DNA of 63,586 bases, filler included, from Atractiella rhizophila (lineage: Eukaryota), in the NCBI GenBank assembly GCA_021432655.1. It is 9 parts of 7 records of this genome, joined end to end, with 100 filler letters (N's around TTAATTAATTAA, not from the genome) between each part and the next. Parts side by side here need not be neighbours in the genome. Positions count along the whole stretch, not along the records: positions 30,428 to 50,585 come from MU271203.1; 8 more parts are not named here. One strand, given 5' to 3'. The position numbers and the translations under genes were made by a program. Positions 34,228-48,000 of this stretch are shown here, piece after piece (the stretch's first letter is position 1; the number at the start of each line of letters is the position of its first letter). The notes under the pieces are model-generated. The model worked only from the letters and a program-made list of their open reading frames with translations. It was not told the DNA's origin and did not search any database.

Positions 34228-34913
34228 TCTTCGCTCTCGGCAGGACGGGATGAGGACTGCTCCGTCACTGGCCTGAAATACCGCTAGCAGTGGGGGATCT
34301 ACTCCTATCTTGCCATCCAATCGAGAGACAGAACGTCATCTCCTCTCTGCTTTCGCTCCGACTCCTGGTTTGATCGATGCAATGACAGAATATTCGGATA
34401 TTGATCACGTCTCCCATTCACATCCCCCACTCGACTTTGGAGGCGGGGGAAACAAACGTGAAATTCACAGTAACGATCTTCCCGCTTCGAGTGTGATGCA
34501 ACGGGTGTAACGGAGCTGAGAAATCATTGACAGTTCAAACGTGCACTCAAGCTCAGAGCAAACACAAATGGACTGGGAAAGGTAGTGAAGTTTACTCGAA
34601 AAAAGAAAGGAGGGGATGCCAAACTTCTTGACCCGAGTCCCCATTAAAGCGTAAATCAACTTATCTATATTTCCAACTCCAGCCTGCAGGCCTGAATCCT
34701 GTCAACGGGGAACCCAAGTTCGAGTTTTGAATTACCACAATCTCATAAAAGAATTGTTAGGACAACAATGCTGCGTAGAAACAAGGGTTAAATATTATTA
34801 TGGTTCGGATCGATCTTCGCATCTTTTGCCCCGACAAAATTTTCAGCTGGTTTTGTGAACTTCATTTCAGTGCTGACCTTTCGTGTCCTCGGCAGGCTTT
34901 TGGGGATATTAAC

Positions 34914-37199
34914 ATGAAGAAGTCAAATTCTCTCCAATGGAAGCCCGTAACAGTTGCCTTTGACGACTCTGATCCCAATTTTACCTTCGACTTCGATGAG
35001 ATATCTGATGTCGAAGTGGAGTGGGAGACCTTCGACAGCGGAGCAAAAAGAGCCAAGCTGAAGCCAAAAGGGAGTCGCACTATCAGCGGGGATTTAAAAC
35101 CATCAGAGCATGTCTCGGGAACTGCTGAAATCGGCGAGGATGAGGCAGGAGCTAGCAAGAAGGGGAAGAAGAGGAAGCGGGTCAAGAACAAGGATGGAGA
35201 GGAGGGTCCTGGTGGGAAGAGCAAGAAGCAGAAGGTTGATAAAAGCACAAGTGAGCCCTCAATATCACCCACAGAGGAAATTCCATTGGGTTCTCTCTCT
35301 CCTCTCGAATCGTGGCCTGAACTCCCGACACATCTCCACTCTGCCATCTCCAAGCTCTCGTTCACGCAACCGACGCTCATTCAATCATCACTCGTCTCCC
35401 ATCTCCCTCTCAAGCACGATGTGATTGCTACGTCTCCAACTGGAAGTGGAAAGACTTTCGCATACATGCTTCCCATCCTCTTTCACCTGTTCTCCTCGGA
35501 ACCTGAAGACCCTGAACGATCTCTCGCTCTCATCATTACTCCTACCCGCGAACTTGCCATACAAGTTACGGATTCGATGCAGCGAGTTTTCGACGCTTGT
35601 ACTCCTTCCTCCAAAGGCCACAAGAAAATCGTCACCGTAACTGGTGGATTAGCTATCCAGAAACAGACTCGGTTGATCAATGCTCAACTGCTCGGAAAGA
35701 AGGAAGGAATACTTGTTGCCACGCCTGGAAGGTTATCAGAGATGCTGGAAGAGTTAGATGGGCTCGAAGAAAGATTGCAGAAGACGAGATTTCTAGTACT
35801 TGACGAAGCGGACAAATTGGTTGAGAAGGGCAAATTTGAGGAGCTAGAGAGGATATTGCCAATCTTTCAGAGAAAAGAGGATGAGGAGGATGAAGAGGCA
35901 ATTGGAAGAGAGGATGACGGTTTAAGAACCCTGGTTTTAAGCGCCACAATGGAGAAAGGTCTAATGGGCAAGTTGGGGAAGAAGAAGTTCAAGCGATCGA
36001 CTGGCTCCACAACCTTAGGTTTGTATTTCCGTTACCTGCTAGCCACCCTCGCTCATTCATAGTTTGCAGAGGATCTGCTCAGCAAAGTAGACTTTCGAGA
36101 CGACAAGCCCCTTATTATTCAGTGTCAAGGTGACATGGATCCTCGTGGGGAAGCCACTAATAATGACGCTTCCACGAAAAAGTTGCTGGACACCAGTGCC
36201 GAACCAGCATTTGGTCTCCCTAGAGGTCTCAGGCATACCAAGTTGGAATGTATAGCGAGTCAAAAGGTATGCCCGTGACCTTTCATTTCTCCTTGCGTCT
36301 GAGCTGCGATGTGCCCGCAGGACTTGTTTCTCTACTACTTCCTGCTTCGATATCCGGGTCGATCACTCATCTTTCTCACCTCCATCGATTCCATTCGGCG
36401 TCTCCATCCTCTCCTCACGCTGCTCAGGCTCTCGACGACGACGATTCATTCGTCTATGAAACAGCCCATGCGTCTCAAATCGCTAGAGGCTTTTAAAAAG
36501 AATTCACATTCTGTCCTGCTCGCTACAGATGTCGCCGCACGCGGTCTCGACATTCAAGGTGTCGACCATGTCATTCATTACCAAGTCCCGCGCACAACGG
36601 AATCCTACGTTCATCGTAGCGGACGTACTGCACGTGCCGGAAAGGAAGGAGTCTCGTTACTGATGGTCGGTCCGGAAGAGAAAGGAGCAGCTCGAGAGCT
36701 AGAACGTGGTTTAGGTGGAGACAACAAGTGGACGTGGGATGAGCTGACGCCGGAATGGGGCGTGTTGGAAGGACTAAAGGAGCGGCTGGAGGTGGCGAAG
36801 AAAGTGGAAGAGCTTGAGAGGGGAGCAAAGAAAGAGAAGGTGGAGGAAAGTTGGGAAAAGAAGTTGAAGAAGGATTTGGAACTCGGAGGTTCCTCAGAGG
36901 ACGAGGAAGAGGACGAAGAGTCGACAAGGAAACGGAAAAGGCCGAAGCGAGAGAAAGCGGGAAGAGAACTGGCTACTATGAGGCATGAACTCAAAGTTCT
37001 GCTTGATAGACCCCTGAAGGTTAGAGGAACCTCTCTCAAGTATATCACTGGCAGTGGATCAAAAGTCCTCGATCAGATGCTGGAAAACAAGAGTATGGCA
37101 TTCTTTCTTTCAAGTCTGTCGCTCACACTCTATCTAGATCTTGATGGATTTGTTGGTGTCGCCAAAAGTTCCGTGCTGCAGGATCTCAAAAAGGCATAG
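34914..37199 (+). CDS. MAK5: ATP-dependent DEAD-box RNA helicase (Mak5/DDX24)
   Basis: FTQPTLIQ, TGSGKT, PTRELA, ATPGRL, LVLDEAD, SAT, ARGLD and YVHRSGRTAR. Mak5-like features: GGLAIQKQTR, DLFLYYFLLRYPGRSLIF and the ELKVLL...KYIT tail. The start may extend to 34800. Confidence 0.85.
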
Positions 37200-37593
37200 G
37201 GCCCTAACAATATGTCCAGATTACACTTTAAATTTATCAATCATGGCACGACCCAAGTCTTTCGCGTTCGTTGCAAATGCTAATGGGCCAGCTCTCGTTT
37301 CATGAACATACTTCAGAGAATACCCAGTAAGCTTACGACGAGCACCCCACACGCATATTTTTCATATTTTGTTTCGGTGCTGCACTACTTGAGCAGCCCG
37401 AGCGACCAGCAAGCACCATGACAAAGTAATCAAACATCGCGCTGGGTTCATGAGAACGTCATTCTTCCTCCTCCTCGTCCGGCAGAGGCAAAAGAAGTGC
37501 CGCCTCAGTTTCCTTCCACATATCCTGCAATTCGACAGGATCTCCACCCGCTTTGAGGAGAAAATCAACACCTCTCTAGCTGAAGGGTGAGCA

Positions 37594-38691
37594 CTAACGC
37601 ATACAGCAGACACTTTGTGCTGCGTGAATGTCTATTTTGCAGACTTTCCAAGACCGGCTTTTGATCAAGTCTCGTCGCAACAGAATCCAGTCGCTCTCGA
37701 ATACAGGATCAACATCGATTTTGGGTGTGTCTACCATTATGTTGAGCAAAAAGGTGTGCAGTGAGCACATAGTGTTTGACCGTAGAATAGCTAGTCGTAT
37801 CGCGTCTGGTCCAATTCTGACGGTATAGCTGGAACCCGGAACTTGCATGTAAATGAAGAGGCGTTGTAACCCTCTGGGGAGGGCATCGAAGAGTTGGTCG
37901 TCCCACCAGTTGCCATCGTGGATCGCCAGTGTGAGCAGATTGGAGCACTTCCTAATGAACTGGTAAATCGGATTGGGACCTAGGCGCAAGTGGAAATCAA
38001 GCATGCCGCAGCTTAATGTCAAGGTAGTTAATTGAGGGAAGGCAACGATGTCGGAAAGTAAAACTGACGTCGGCACAACCCTCGTATTGATGGACAAAGA
38101 GGACAGGTTATGTGAAACTGTTGGCAGATCTTGAGGAGAATCTGATGCTGCTTTTGGCTCAATGAAACCGTCAAAGGTGAAGGATTTAAGATGACTACAA
38201 TTTCGAAAAAAGTTTCCGATGGAGTCGTGAGAATGAGTTTTTGAGTTGTCCAGAAACATTTTGCGTATTGATTTTATAGCAAAGGCATCGAGAGCCAAAG
38301 AATTTGCTCGAAAAGCTCCGTAATATGATATTTCGACCTCTTCAAGATTCTTCAATCCGTTCATGCATTCTTGAAGGCGGTTGAAAACCTCTGGTCCATC
38401 CCTGCAGTTGACTTCCAAGCGGATCCCTCTCACCACGTCGGTAAGCCAAAGAACTTTGTGGCAAGCATCTTGAAAGAACGAGAGTGGAATGTACGTCCAT
38501 CGGGATGCATATAGTTCGATGGAATCAAAGTACACAGTCTGGATTCGGAACGCAATTCTGCGGACTGGCCGCGTCCAGGCTTTGCAAACTGTAGAAAGGG
38601 ATAGAAATTGCCGGTGGCTCTTTTCTTCCCACTCTGTTGAGTCCCATACGTCTTCGAGGATATGGTTGTAGGTTTCAGTGGGAAGCGACAT
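37594..38691 (-). CDS. Intronless F-box/LRR-like protein
   Basis: Continuous ~365 aa ORF. The N-terminal SLPTETYNHIL...LSLSTVCKAW is F-box-like and is followed by LxxLxL repeats (LKNLEEVEI, HLKSFTF, QLTTLTL). Confidence 0.6.
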   Translation of the reverse strand: MSLPTETYNHILEDVWDSTEWEEKSHRQFLSLSTVCKAWTRPVRRIAFRIQTVYFDSIELYASRWTYIPLSFFQDACHKVLWLTDVVRGIRLEVNCRDGPEVFNRLQECMNGLKNLEEVEISYYGAFRANSLALDAFAIKSIRKMFLDNSKTHSHDSIGNFFRNCSHLKSFTFDGFIEPKAASDSPQDLPTVSHNLSSLSINTRVVPTSVLLSDIVAFPQLTTLTLSCGMLDFHLRLGPNPIYQFIRKCSNLLTLAIHDGNWWDDQLFDALPRGLQRLFIYMQVPGSSYTVRIGPDAIRLAILRSNTMCSLHTFLLNIMVDTPKIDVDPVFESDWILLRRDLIKSRSWKVCKIDIHAAQSVCCMR

Positions 38692-39370
38692 AGCTGAAGT
38701 CACCTGAAGTCAGTGCTCTCTAATGAAAGTTCTCCAATGAAAGTTATCTAATGTCATCTATCCTCAGTCGACCTTGTTTGGAATCTTCACAATCAGCCCA
38801 TATTCCGAATTCCGTCATAGAATGGAATATTGGGGAAGCTTTTTATCAAGTTATATTTGATATGGCCAAAAGAGAATACTCCCTTGAACCTCTTTCATTG
38901 CAATCATCTGACTCTCGTGTCGTGCTATAATGCGTAGATATCGAAAGATAGTTGTTGTAGCTTTCGCCTAACCCTCTCCGCACTAGAGTACAAGCCGCAT
39001 CGATGCTGCCACAAGACATTTCTATGCAGAGCCCAAATTTCAGCGCTCAGGCAGAGTAACAAACATTATTCTCTCACTTCTTCCCTTCAAAGCAATAACC
39101 CTGCATGGAAGGCTTACCATGGAGAGGCACCAGCTGTTTGGAAAGACAACTGTCTAGCATTCACTGCACTACAGCCAGCACACAGTCTTATCACTAATCC
39201 CCTTCCAATTGTCGCGCTGTGGCATAACAACCTCAACTTCTTTGCTTTGCTTCCTTCTCATAGTCACTATCCGCGAACTAGAGGATAACCAAAAAGGAAA
39301 AATTCAAAATTCAAACCTTCTCCACAATCCCCATTGTCAGCAGCTTCCATCTCCGTTACCAGCTTGCTCT

Positions 39371-40460
39371 ATGTCGCCTTCTACAGTCCCACGCAAACGC
39401 GCTCTTTCTGCGTCCGAAGTCCTGCCACGTCCAGCACCTCCTCCGCCAGCAGCCTCCTTAGCTGGGGCAGCTGCCGCCGCGGACTCGGACACGAAGGATC
39501 TCAATGGAAGCACGGGTCCAAAGAGAAAGCTCATCGTTGTCCTTGAACAGGCTTGTTTGGAGACTTACAAGGTGTCGAATGGAGGAAGGGACGACAAAGG
39601 ACCAAAGTACACCCTGCTGAATTGGTGGGCTCCCGTTTTTTTATACTGAAAGCTTGATGCTAATCATGGAGGGGAATAGTGACGATCATCAAGGAATACT
39701 GGCAAAAATGGGGAGAGAAATTGCGCACGCGAGACCCGATATTACACATCAAGTACACCATTTCATTTCTCGCCTTTTCTTCTTTCTGACTCGATCAATT
39801 GTCGTGGTAGTGCCTTCTCACCCTCCTGGATTCGCCCCTCAACCGAGCTGGCATGCTCCAAGTGTACATTCATACTGCTCGCGGTGTCCTCATCGAAGTC
39901 AATCCTTCCGTTCGCATTCCAAGAACATTCAAGAGGTTCAGCGGACTTATGGTTCAGCTGCTCCATAAGCTCTCTATAAGGTCGGTGAATGGAAGCGAGA
40001 AGCTGTTGAAGGTCATCAAGGTTCGTCCCCTCTTTCTCTTCCTCGTCACTCTCTTCGTATCAGAGCTGAGGCAATGACGTTTAGAACCCCATTACCGATC
40101 ATTTACCACCTGACGCATACAAAATCAGTCAGTCTACTCTGCTTGGTCACGTCTGATTACTGACCGTTGGTTGGATAAGCCTTGACACCAGAAGCCGCTC
40201 CCGTTCGCCTCACAAGCTACCTCTCACAGTTTCCATCCACCCAATCAATCGTCGTCTTCGTCGGCGCCATGGCACATGGTCCTGATAATTTTGCGGACGC
40301 GATCGTAGATGAGAAAATCGGTGTCTCACAATATGTGCTCAGTGCAAGTGTAACCTGTGGAAAGGTCTGTCCTCAACTCCTTCATGAAGAAAGCAATCGT
40401 AACACTTTCTTTCTGGGACAGTTTTGTTGTGCTTGCGAAGACCTTTGGGGGGTGTTGTAG
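39371..40460 (+). CDS. EMG1: 18S rRNA pseudouridine N1-methyltransferase Nep1/Emg1, multi-exon
   Basis: [64 protein letters not shown] and VGAMAHG. Confidence 0.95.
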
Positions 40461-40916
40461 ATACTGAAAGAGAGAAACAGGGACGTCAACCGTCCTGCTG
40501 ATATATTTTGATCACCTTTCGCAACAGCGAAGGTAGAAAGAAGCTGGAGAGCTAGCTAGTCCGCTCTTCTTGTTACATACTCAACGTATGTGGTGCCGTT
40601 GACGACCCACGAATTACGAGCGAGGAAACGAGGACGAGAGCGACCGATCGGAGGAACGATCAGGTCCTGGAACGATAGAGCATCCTTCGTTTTCTTGTAT
40701 TTTTATCAGTCGTTGTAACAATATCTGGGAAACGAGTATTGATGCATAGATGCTGAAATCCTATCCAATTCCACGTCGCATATGTGAGTAGGCATTTCGG
40801 CACAGACGTAGTACATTCGCTACACGAAGTCACTCAGAACACAGGGAACAGAATGGAAGGACAGGTTCTTAAGTTACGAATTGGCATAAGCTAACGGTCA
40901 TCGCACGAACCCTCCA

Positions 40917-42710
40917 TCAAGAGGGGTTTGTCCTCCTTGGGCCATTTCGAAATGACAGAGGAGTCGCTACGCTTCCATCTCCTTCCCTCCTCCTGATTGG
41001 TGGCGGGGCACTGATGGTGCCCGGCTCTGATGTCCTACTCGGAACGTTTCCCTTCAAAGTGCCTGCAGAGCGATCCGTCCTCCCTCCTGAGCTCTCGATC
41101 TCGCTCAACTCCGCGATAGCTTCTAATCGGTCCGATTCTGAAAGAGACGGTCGAGGTTCTGCGGCGTCGTGTTGAGGAGATGGGGGACTATGCTTTGTGG
41201 AGGAAGACACTGAACCGTTTCGGGTCAGAGATGGGATGATACCAGTTGTGTCGATATGCAACGATATCCCTCCACCTAATCCGAAATTCGAACTCGACGG
41301 CTCACGCTTCTTCTCAGCACCATTCATTGATAGGGAGACAGACTTGGTGCTGGAGTGCGCACGAGATCGGGACCGATTGGAAGTAGTGGACATGAGCTGG
41401 GAGGCAGATGAAGTGGAATCCCAAGGCCTGAATCCATGCGTACTGTTGGAAGCGAGGGATGTGGACACGGTGGACTTAGGGCAGGATACCTGACCCGTTG
41501 CCTGCGGGCAGGATGAGGTGGAAGTGGACGAGGAGCAGTTGGCGAGGATGACGAGGAACGATAGCGTGTACGCTTTGGAGAGAAAAGACAGTGGTAGTGC
41601 GCTCCAACGCTCGAATTGAGAGTCCGTGGCGCGCTCATACGCCCATAGCGCCGATGTCCAACTCTGAATGGCCAGAGTAACGATTCCAGAAGCGATAAGG
41701 AGGAAGCAGAGGCGGTTGAGGATCTGAAGGACTGCAGACGACTTCTTGAACTCGACAATGTCCCGGCGTGTGAAGTAAATTTCGGCTAGGAGAAAGACGC
41801 AGAGGCCTAAATCGATCACTAGAGAACTGTACTGCCAGAAGTTGCCCAGCTGACCAGCGAAACCGAAGCCGTCGAGCTAAATCAAAGGAGATGATGAGTT
41901 TACGCCCACAACGATTGAGGAGGACACTCACGTTGAATCCGACGCTCGCGATTATACCTGCTAACGCGCTAACTACTATCATGATCGCTCCGAGGCCAAT
42001 GAGCAAATAGACGAAGAAGAAGCGATTGAGCTTCAGGAAGCGACTAAACTGCCAAGATCTCCAGAGGAGAAAGAGTTGCGCTTGACACTGTGAATCTCTC
42101 AGGCCACTGACGAAGGCAACTTGAATCTTTACGCACCTGCAGGGATGTCGCAATGATTGGGGAAATAAAGGTCCCAGCAGTGACCTTCTTGAGGTAGTCG
42201 GGATCTACCCTCTCATTAGCATCAGCAACAGTAGCTTGCGAACGTCTTACCTCCCCAGTTCACAGCCAAAAGAAGGCACTGGTGACTGATATCGATGCCA
42301 GTTTCCACCGCTTGGGCGATCACAACCAACACAACTAACCTTTGAAGGATAGAGTACACCAATGAGCAAAGCTACAATGGATGACGCATGAAACAACGAA
42401 CCACCGAAGGCTTTCTTTCTCTGTCAAAAATTGGAAGCAATGGTGACCCAGACAAAGGATGATCCCCATGCCTGTCTCGAATCAGACATTCACCTTGAAG
42501 CTTGAAGCAAAATGGAAATGCCAACTCACAGATGGACGATATGAACGCTCCTAACAGACAAGGCAGAAAGATTCCAGTCTATGAAAACCGTCAAACTTAT
42601 CTTGAATGGATTACAACTCTTACCCTTGAGCCAAAGGGGATCATCATTTCGTTCAGAATGACCGTCGGAGTATCGGCAGCATGCTGAACTGTCAAGGGAA
42701 ACGCGAACAT
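40917..42710 (-). CDS. Multi-pass membrane protein with Ser-rich cytosolic tail (DUF6534-like), multi-exon; start approximate
   Basis: Hydrophobic exons LPCLLGAFISSICMGII, QLFLLWRSW, VIDLGLCVFLL, ILNRLCFLLIASGIVT and LSKAYTLSFLVILAN resemble the basidiomycete DUF6534 pattern. Confidence 0.6.
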
Positions 42711-43633
42711 TTTTTTCCCAAAAGTGCCTTCCAGACCCTCCAAAGGGAGGAAAGGGGCACAACAACTGCGCGGCTCTAAAGAGTCGGTGGACAAAGGGCC
42801 GGTGTGAGGGGACAAAAGAGGTGGAGAAAACGCCACATGGGACTGTGTTAGTCTTTAATTCCCCCTAACCATGTTCTCGTCCAGCCAGATTCAGCCATTA
42901 TGCACCTATCGGTCTTTGGCGTTCTCAAGTTGATAACCCGCATCCTTTCGTTCTTGGTGCTTTTGAGCTTGAGTCTAGCAGGACACCCAGACAGTTCGAG
43001 CCAGGCTTCCCGCGATTCGTGACATTCTCTCCAACGGGATATGTGCCTGAAATGTCTCCGGCAGCATCCACATCTCAGTATGAATTCAGCGGAAGCTCAA
43101 GCGTTCATTTATCCCTTGCAAGGAATAAATCTGGTTGAACAGGAGTGAAACACTCGAAAGAAGGTTATCAAATCAACCTCTGTAATTAACAACAGTCTGT
43201 GTATTAGAAAGTTTTATTAATATCACCCCAGCTATTCACATCAGTTTGACATAGAGAAACCTTTCAACCCTTTCAGCATTTGCATGCACCGCATGACGAC
43301 ATGCCATAATGCATACTTTGAGCAAAACCTGAAATATGTTAGGGGGAACCAGCTCTCGAACGAGACATGCCCGCAAAAGACGAGAAAAGGTATCCACATG
43401 CGATATCCAACATTCGACTCAAAGCAATAGAGGAGGACAGCTGTAGGCAAAAATACCAAACACAGTCCAAGAAGATGTGCTCACAGATAGACGAAAAATT
43501 GTATCCACATCCAATATTCAATAGTCAACTCTAAGCAATCGAAGGGACTGCGTGTAAACAAAAACATGAAACAAATTCTAAAATGACGAGCTCACAGATA
43601 TACAACCTACCATACACCTAGGAAAAGCCAATA

Positions 43634-44941
43634 CTACCGTTCCTCTTCATCCTCTCCAATCCGCCGCTCGCTCAACACTAAGGGACTTAACTCGCTCTCC
43701 TCCATATCCACCATCTTGCGCACTCCAAGTTCCTCCAGAGTAGGCAGCTTCTCGTCTGGCTTCTTCTGCTTCGATCCAGAGATTGTTATCCCCCCAAAGA
43801 CAATTACTACGAAAGTAGCAATGATGCTGATGCTTCGACGAATCACAATCCACTTCGTGGCCTCGATCTCCGTCTTCAGATCACCTACACTGACGTTGTG
43901 CTTGTTGGTGAAATCCTGGGCCCAATATGTAGTCAGAGTGTGCATTACAATAACGGGACGAATTGAGAATGGACACACCGCGATTTTGAGGTCGAGCTCC
44001 TTCCCAATCTGATTACTCTCCTCCTTTCTGTTCCCCATCTCATAGTCGATCTCCGTCTTCAGCGCACCGAAGTCTTCTCTCATCTTCTCCCTCAACCCGT
44101 CCGACTCCCGATGTAATAGTGCAGCTTGCGTTCTAAGATTCTGGGTATCATTTCGACTCTTGACTTGGATCTCGGTACGGAGTTCAGACAGGGCAGCTGC
44201 GAAGAGGTACGCTTCCTACGGATGGCGAGTAGAACAATGGTCGGCTCGTCAAGATCAGGATAGCTCTGAATGAGGGCGACGCACGTTTTCAAGCTCCCAC
44301 TTCCCGACCCCTTGTGAACGAGACCGTTGTTCCCCCTCGAGAATGTGGTTTCGTGCCAGACGCATTACTTGCTCGCTTGACTCCTCGTTCCATCCACTGT
44401 CACGAAGTTTCTGCATAAACCTGATCCAAAGAAAAGCTTTCAGTATTTTGAATGGAGGTATTTTCCATGGCAATTAGTCAACTCGAAGTTGATTGAAGGT
44501 TGAGCAACACCAAATTATCAAGACAACCTAGAAGGCGGAAAGATGCAATGTTTAAGACAAAATAGTCATCAAAACGTATCATAAAAAATGAAAGGCGTGT
44601 GATTCAAAAGAGCAAGCGTGGACTCACTTCCAAGTGTCAAAAGGCACTCTCACACCTTCTTCTGGTAGTTGTGGCAGCTTGACTGGAATGGTGAGTTTAT
44701 TAAGGGGTTCTTCTTCTCCAACCTTTAAAACCTCAGGTTCCTCAGGGGGTCGTTCTACCGTGACATCTTCAGTTGGTATATTGTCATCGAAGTCCTGCTT
44801 GTCCAGTCGTCGACTTTCTGAAAGCGACTCTGGGGGAGGAGGTATTGGCGGTTCAGGCTGAGTGTTAAAGGAGAGTGGACGCGAGCGGAAAGCGTAAGGA
44901 GGACGTAGAAGGAGTCGGCAGGGAGGGCGCAACAGATTCAT
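43634..44941 (-). CDS. Mitochondrial DUF1640 (Fmp32/CCDC90/MCUR1-like) coiled-coil protein
   Basis: Arg-rich presequence MNLLRPPCRLLLRPP, then PFDTWK-FMQKL..SG, a coiled coil, DLKTEIEATKW and a C-terminal TM helix. Confidence 0.8.
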
Positions 44942-45062
44942 CACTTTGGTACTTGGGTGGAAGTGGCAAGCATGGGATTCCTTGCATGTCCGGACCATAT
45001 GTAAGCCCACTGAGGGGCTAAGATTCTTCTGGACAACAAAGTCGCGTCGTGTTAATAAGTCA

Positions 45063-48000
45063 ATGTCGTCCGATTCAGGCTACTTCTCTTCCCTTCCATC
45101 CTCTCAACAGTCTCAAACATCTCCAAGCTCGAAAGAAAGCGCGACAGAAATGACCCCTTCGACGTCGGACGCGAAGAAACGGAAGGCGGACACGACCGAC
45201 GACGAGATTGAGTGTTTGGGATCTAGTAACAGCAGTGAACGCATTGAGCAAGGTGTGTTTACTATATTGATGCGCGTTTGAGAGTGGAGGTTGAGTTGAA
45301 GCGGCGTTGTAGAAACATCGAAGACGCCAAAGAACAAAAAAATCAAGCTCGGTACGCTCCAGTTATTAGCAGGAAAGGACGCGTCCTGATGGAATGCTCC
45401 TATGGGAAATGTAGAGCAAGACCATGCGAAGAGTCACGACGTAGATTTCAACTTGAAAACCCGCGGTTTGACATTCAAGAACCCACAGAAGGCACTGGAT
45501 TTGGCGGAGATGAAGGAAGGATTAACTGGTGTGCTTCCCTCATTTTTAGCGCAGAGAAGGGAGAATGACGATTCGGTCAAATAGATAAAATGAGGTGGTG
45601 TGAATGGCTAGAGGGGAGAAAATCGGTGAAAGAATTTCCGGAGGAATATCTTCCGCTCCTAGCAAGATATGTAGAAGAGTCGTGAGTGCTCTTCTTCCTC
45701 AGCTGTACGGGGGCACTCTGGATTAGTAACCGATATTATGTAGTGATTTGGCCCTCGGAAAGCTGGTGAGGACGCTGCATAAAACGCTTTTGAAAGGGAT
45801 GCAAGATGACGAGGGTCCGAAATGTACACATTCCTCTTACCCCTTCTCGTTCTAACTAATGTGGGATGTGTTGTCATAGCAAAAGTATTCACCACAGCTC
45901 TTCTCAAAACCACAATAGAAGAATACTTCAAACGTGTAAATTACGGCCTGGAAATGGAGGACTTGAACTCTTCAGAGACCGAGGCGGTGAAGAAGGAGCT
46001 TGAAGAGATGAATAAGGACATTCCAGAGGTATGCTCTCTCTTCTCTCTGGTCACGGAAGGGTACCGTCTGAGAAAGTAGAATAGAAACTCAAGATCTGGA
46101 GATGGCGGACACGCTCGAAGTATTGCAAGGATAACGAAAGATGTATCGTGCCGAAGGATGCTCAAGATAAGTTAACTGAACGTCGAGCACAACGCGATGA
46201 GGTATGTCCTTGAATGGAAGCCTCATGAAAATCAAGCTCACAGAGGTGGCAGTGGAAGGAGTCGCTAGTTCAAAGATTCGGAGAGTTGGAACGAGAAGAG
46301 CAGCGGGCATTGTTGGGACTGGTGGAGAAAGAGAAGAAGAAGACAGTACTGCCGAAGGAGGAGGGGAGTGGGAGCGAGCGAGAAGAAACACCGAAAAGGA
46401 AGAAGAAGATGTCAATTGAGCCGTCAGCTGATGGAGCTCCTGCTAAGAATGGAAAGAAGAAAAAGGAGGAAGAAGAGATTGATGTGGGCTGTTCCTTTCC
46501 GTTCCTCCAAAAGACTTACTGAAGTATGGATGGTCGGTGGGCAACAGCCGGAAGAAAGGGCGAAAAGGGAGGCAGACAAGAAAGAGAAAGAAGAAAAGAA
46601 GATAAAGGCTCAGGAGAAGAAGAAGATCAAGGAGGAAAAGGTTGCAAAGGCTGAAGCCGTTGGTCTATCCTTGACGCCTATTGACTGATCTGACTACTGA
46701 ATCAGGAGAAGGAACGTCAGTCCAATTTCTTCTCCGCCTTTCTTCAGAAAGCCGGGCCGTCAACAGCAAAGAAAGTACCAACAGTCCAGAAGGAGGTGGA
46801 GAACTCGCCGAAGAAAGAGAGGTCGGATTTCGATAAGACCTTTAAGCACTTCTTCATCAGAGACTCTGTCGTCTTGGGGTCGTTCAAAACTCTGAAAGAT
46901 ACAGCCAAGGAAGTGACGGTGCTGGATGGCGATGGGGATGTGGAAATGGAAGTGGTTGATAATCCGAATCTTACTATCGAAGGTTGGTCTCTTCATAATG
47001 GCAGAAGGGAGGACAGGTGACATCGAGTTTCCATGAGTAGATTCTCTTCGCGAGCTTAGGTCGCGTCAACGCTTCGACTATAAGACACGAATCGCCAACT
47101 CTCAAAAAGTCTCTGAAGTTTACACAAAGGCGGCAGAAGCGCACGCTTTCGGAGAGGTCGACGATCATGCCGTCTTCGCACGGCAACTGAAGGATCGCCA
47201 ACTCTTCCCCCTCAAATACCTTCAATTCCACGATAGGCGCAAACCGGGATACTATGGTTTGTTGATCCCTGTACTGAAGACCAGATTTTAAAGTAGTACG
47301 CAGGTACATGGACAAAGGACATTGATACGATCCGTCCCCGTCGACCCCTTTTCAAAGACTCCTCAGTCTACAACTATGAATACGATTCCGATGATGACTA
47401 TGACTCGGATGCGGAAGGCGAAGGGGAGGAACTTGTCGGACCGGAGGAAGAGGCCTCGAACGCATCTGGCGCAGAAGAAGAAGAGGGAGGTTCAGATGAT
47501 GATTGGATGGTTGACGATGATGTGATCGAATATGAACCTGGGTACGAGGGAGAGGAGCTGCCTTGGAATGTTGACGATGACAACGACATGGCGAGGTTTT
47601 CTGCTGAAAATGAACGGCGCAAAGAGGAGAAGAGGGAGGCAATGGAGAAGAAGAGACGAGAAGCAAAAAAGCTCAAGGTTAATCTTCAGCCAGTGGTAAA
47701 GGGGCCATTTCTGGAAACTGTTCTCGGAGAAAATGGTCAATTCGACCCTTTCAGGATAGAATTCATTAATGGTTGGTTTCTCATCTTTCAAAAGCGTTCA
47801 AATCTCATGAGAAGAGTAGACGCTCAGTGTGGCATCGACCCTTTTTCTTTTGTATCCACCTTCATCTCTCCATCTGCGCTTCCTCCACCTCAACAGCAAG
47901 TCAAACCAGAACCCTCCACCAGTCTCCCAGCAGATTCGAGCGCCGCACCTCCCAAGACCAAAGGAAGTGCCACTCTTGCCACTCAGCTCATGCCTACTTT

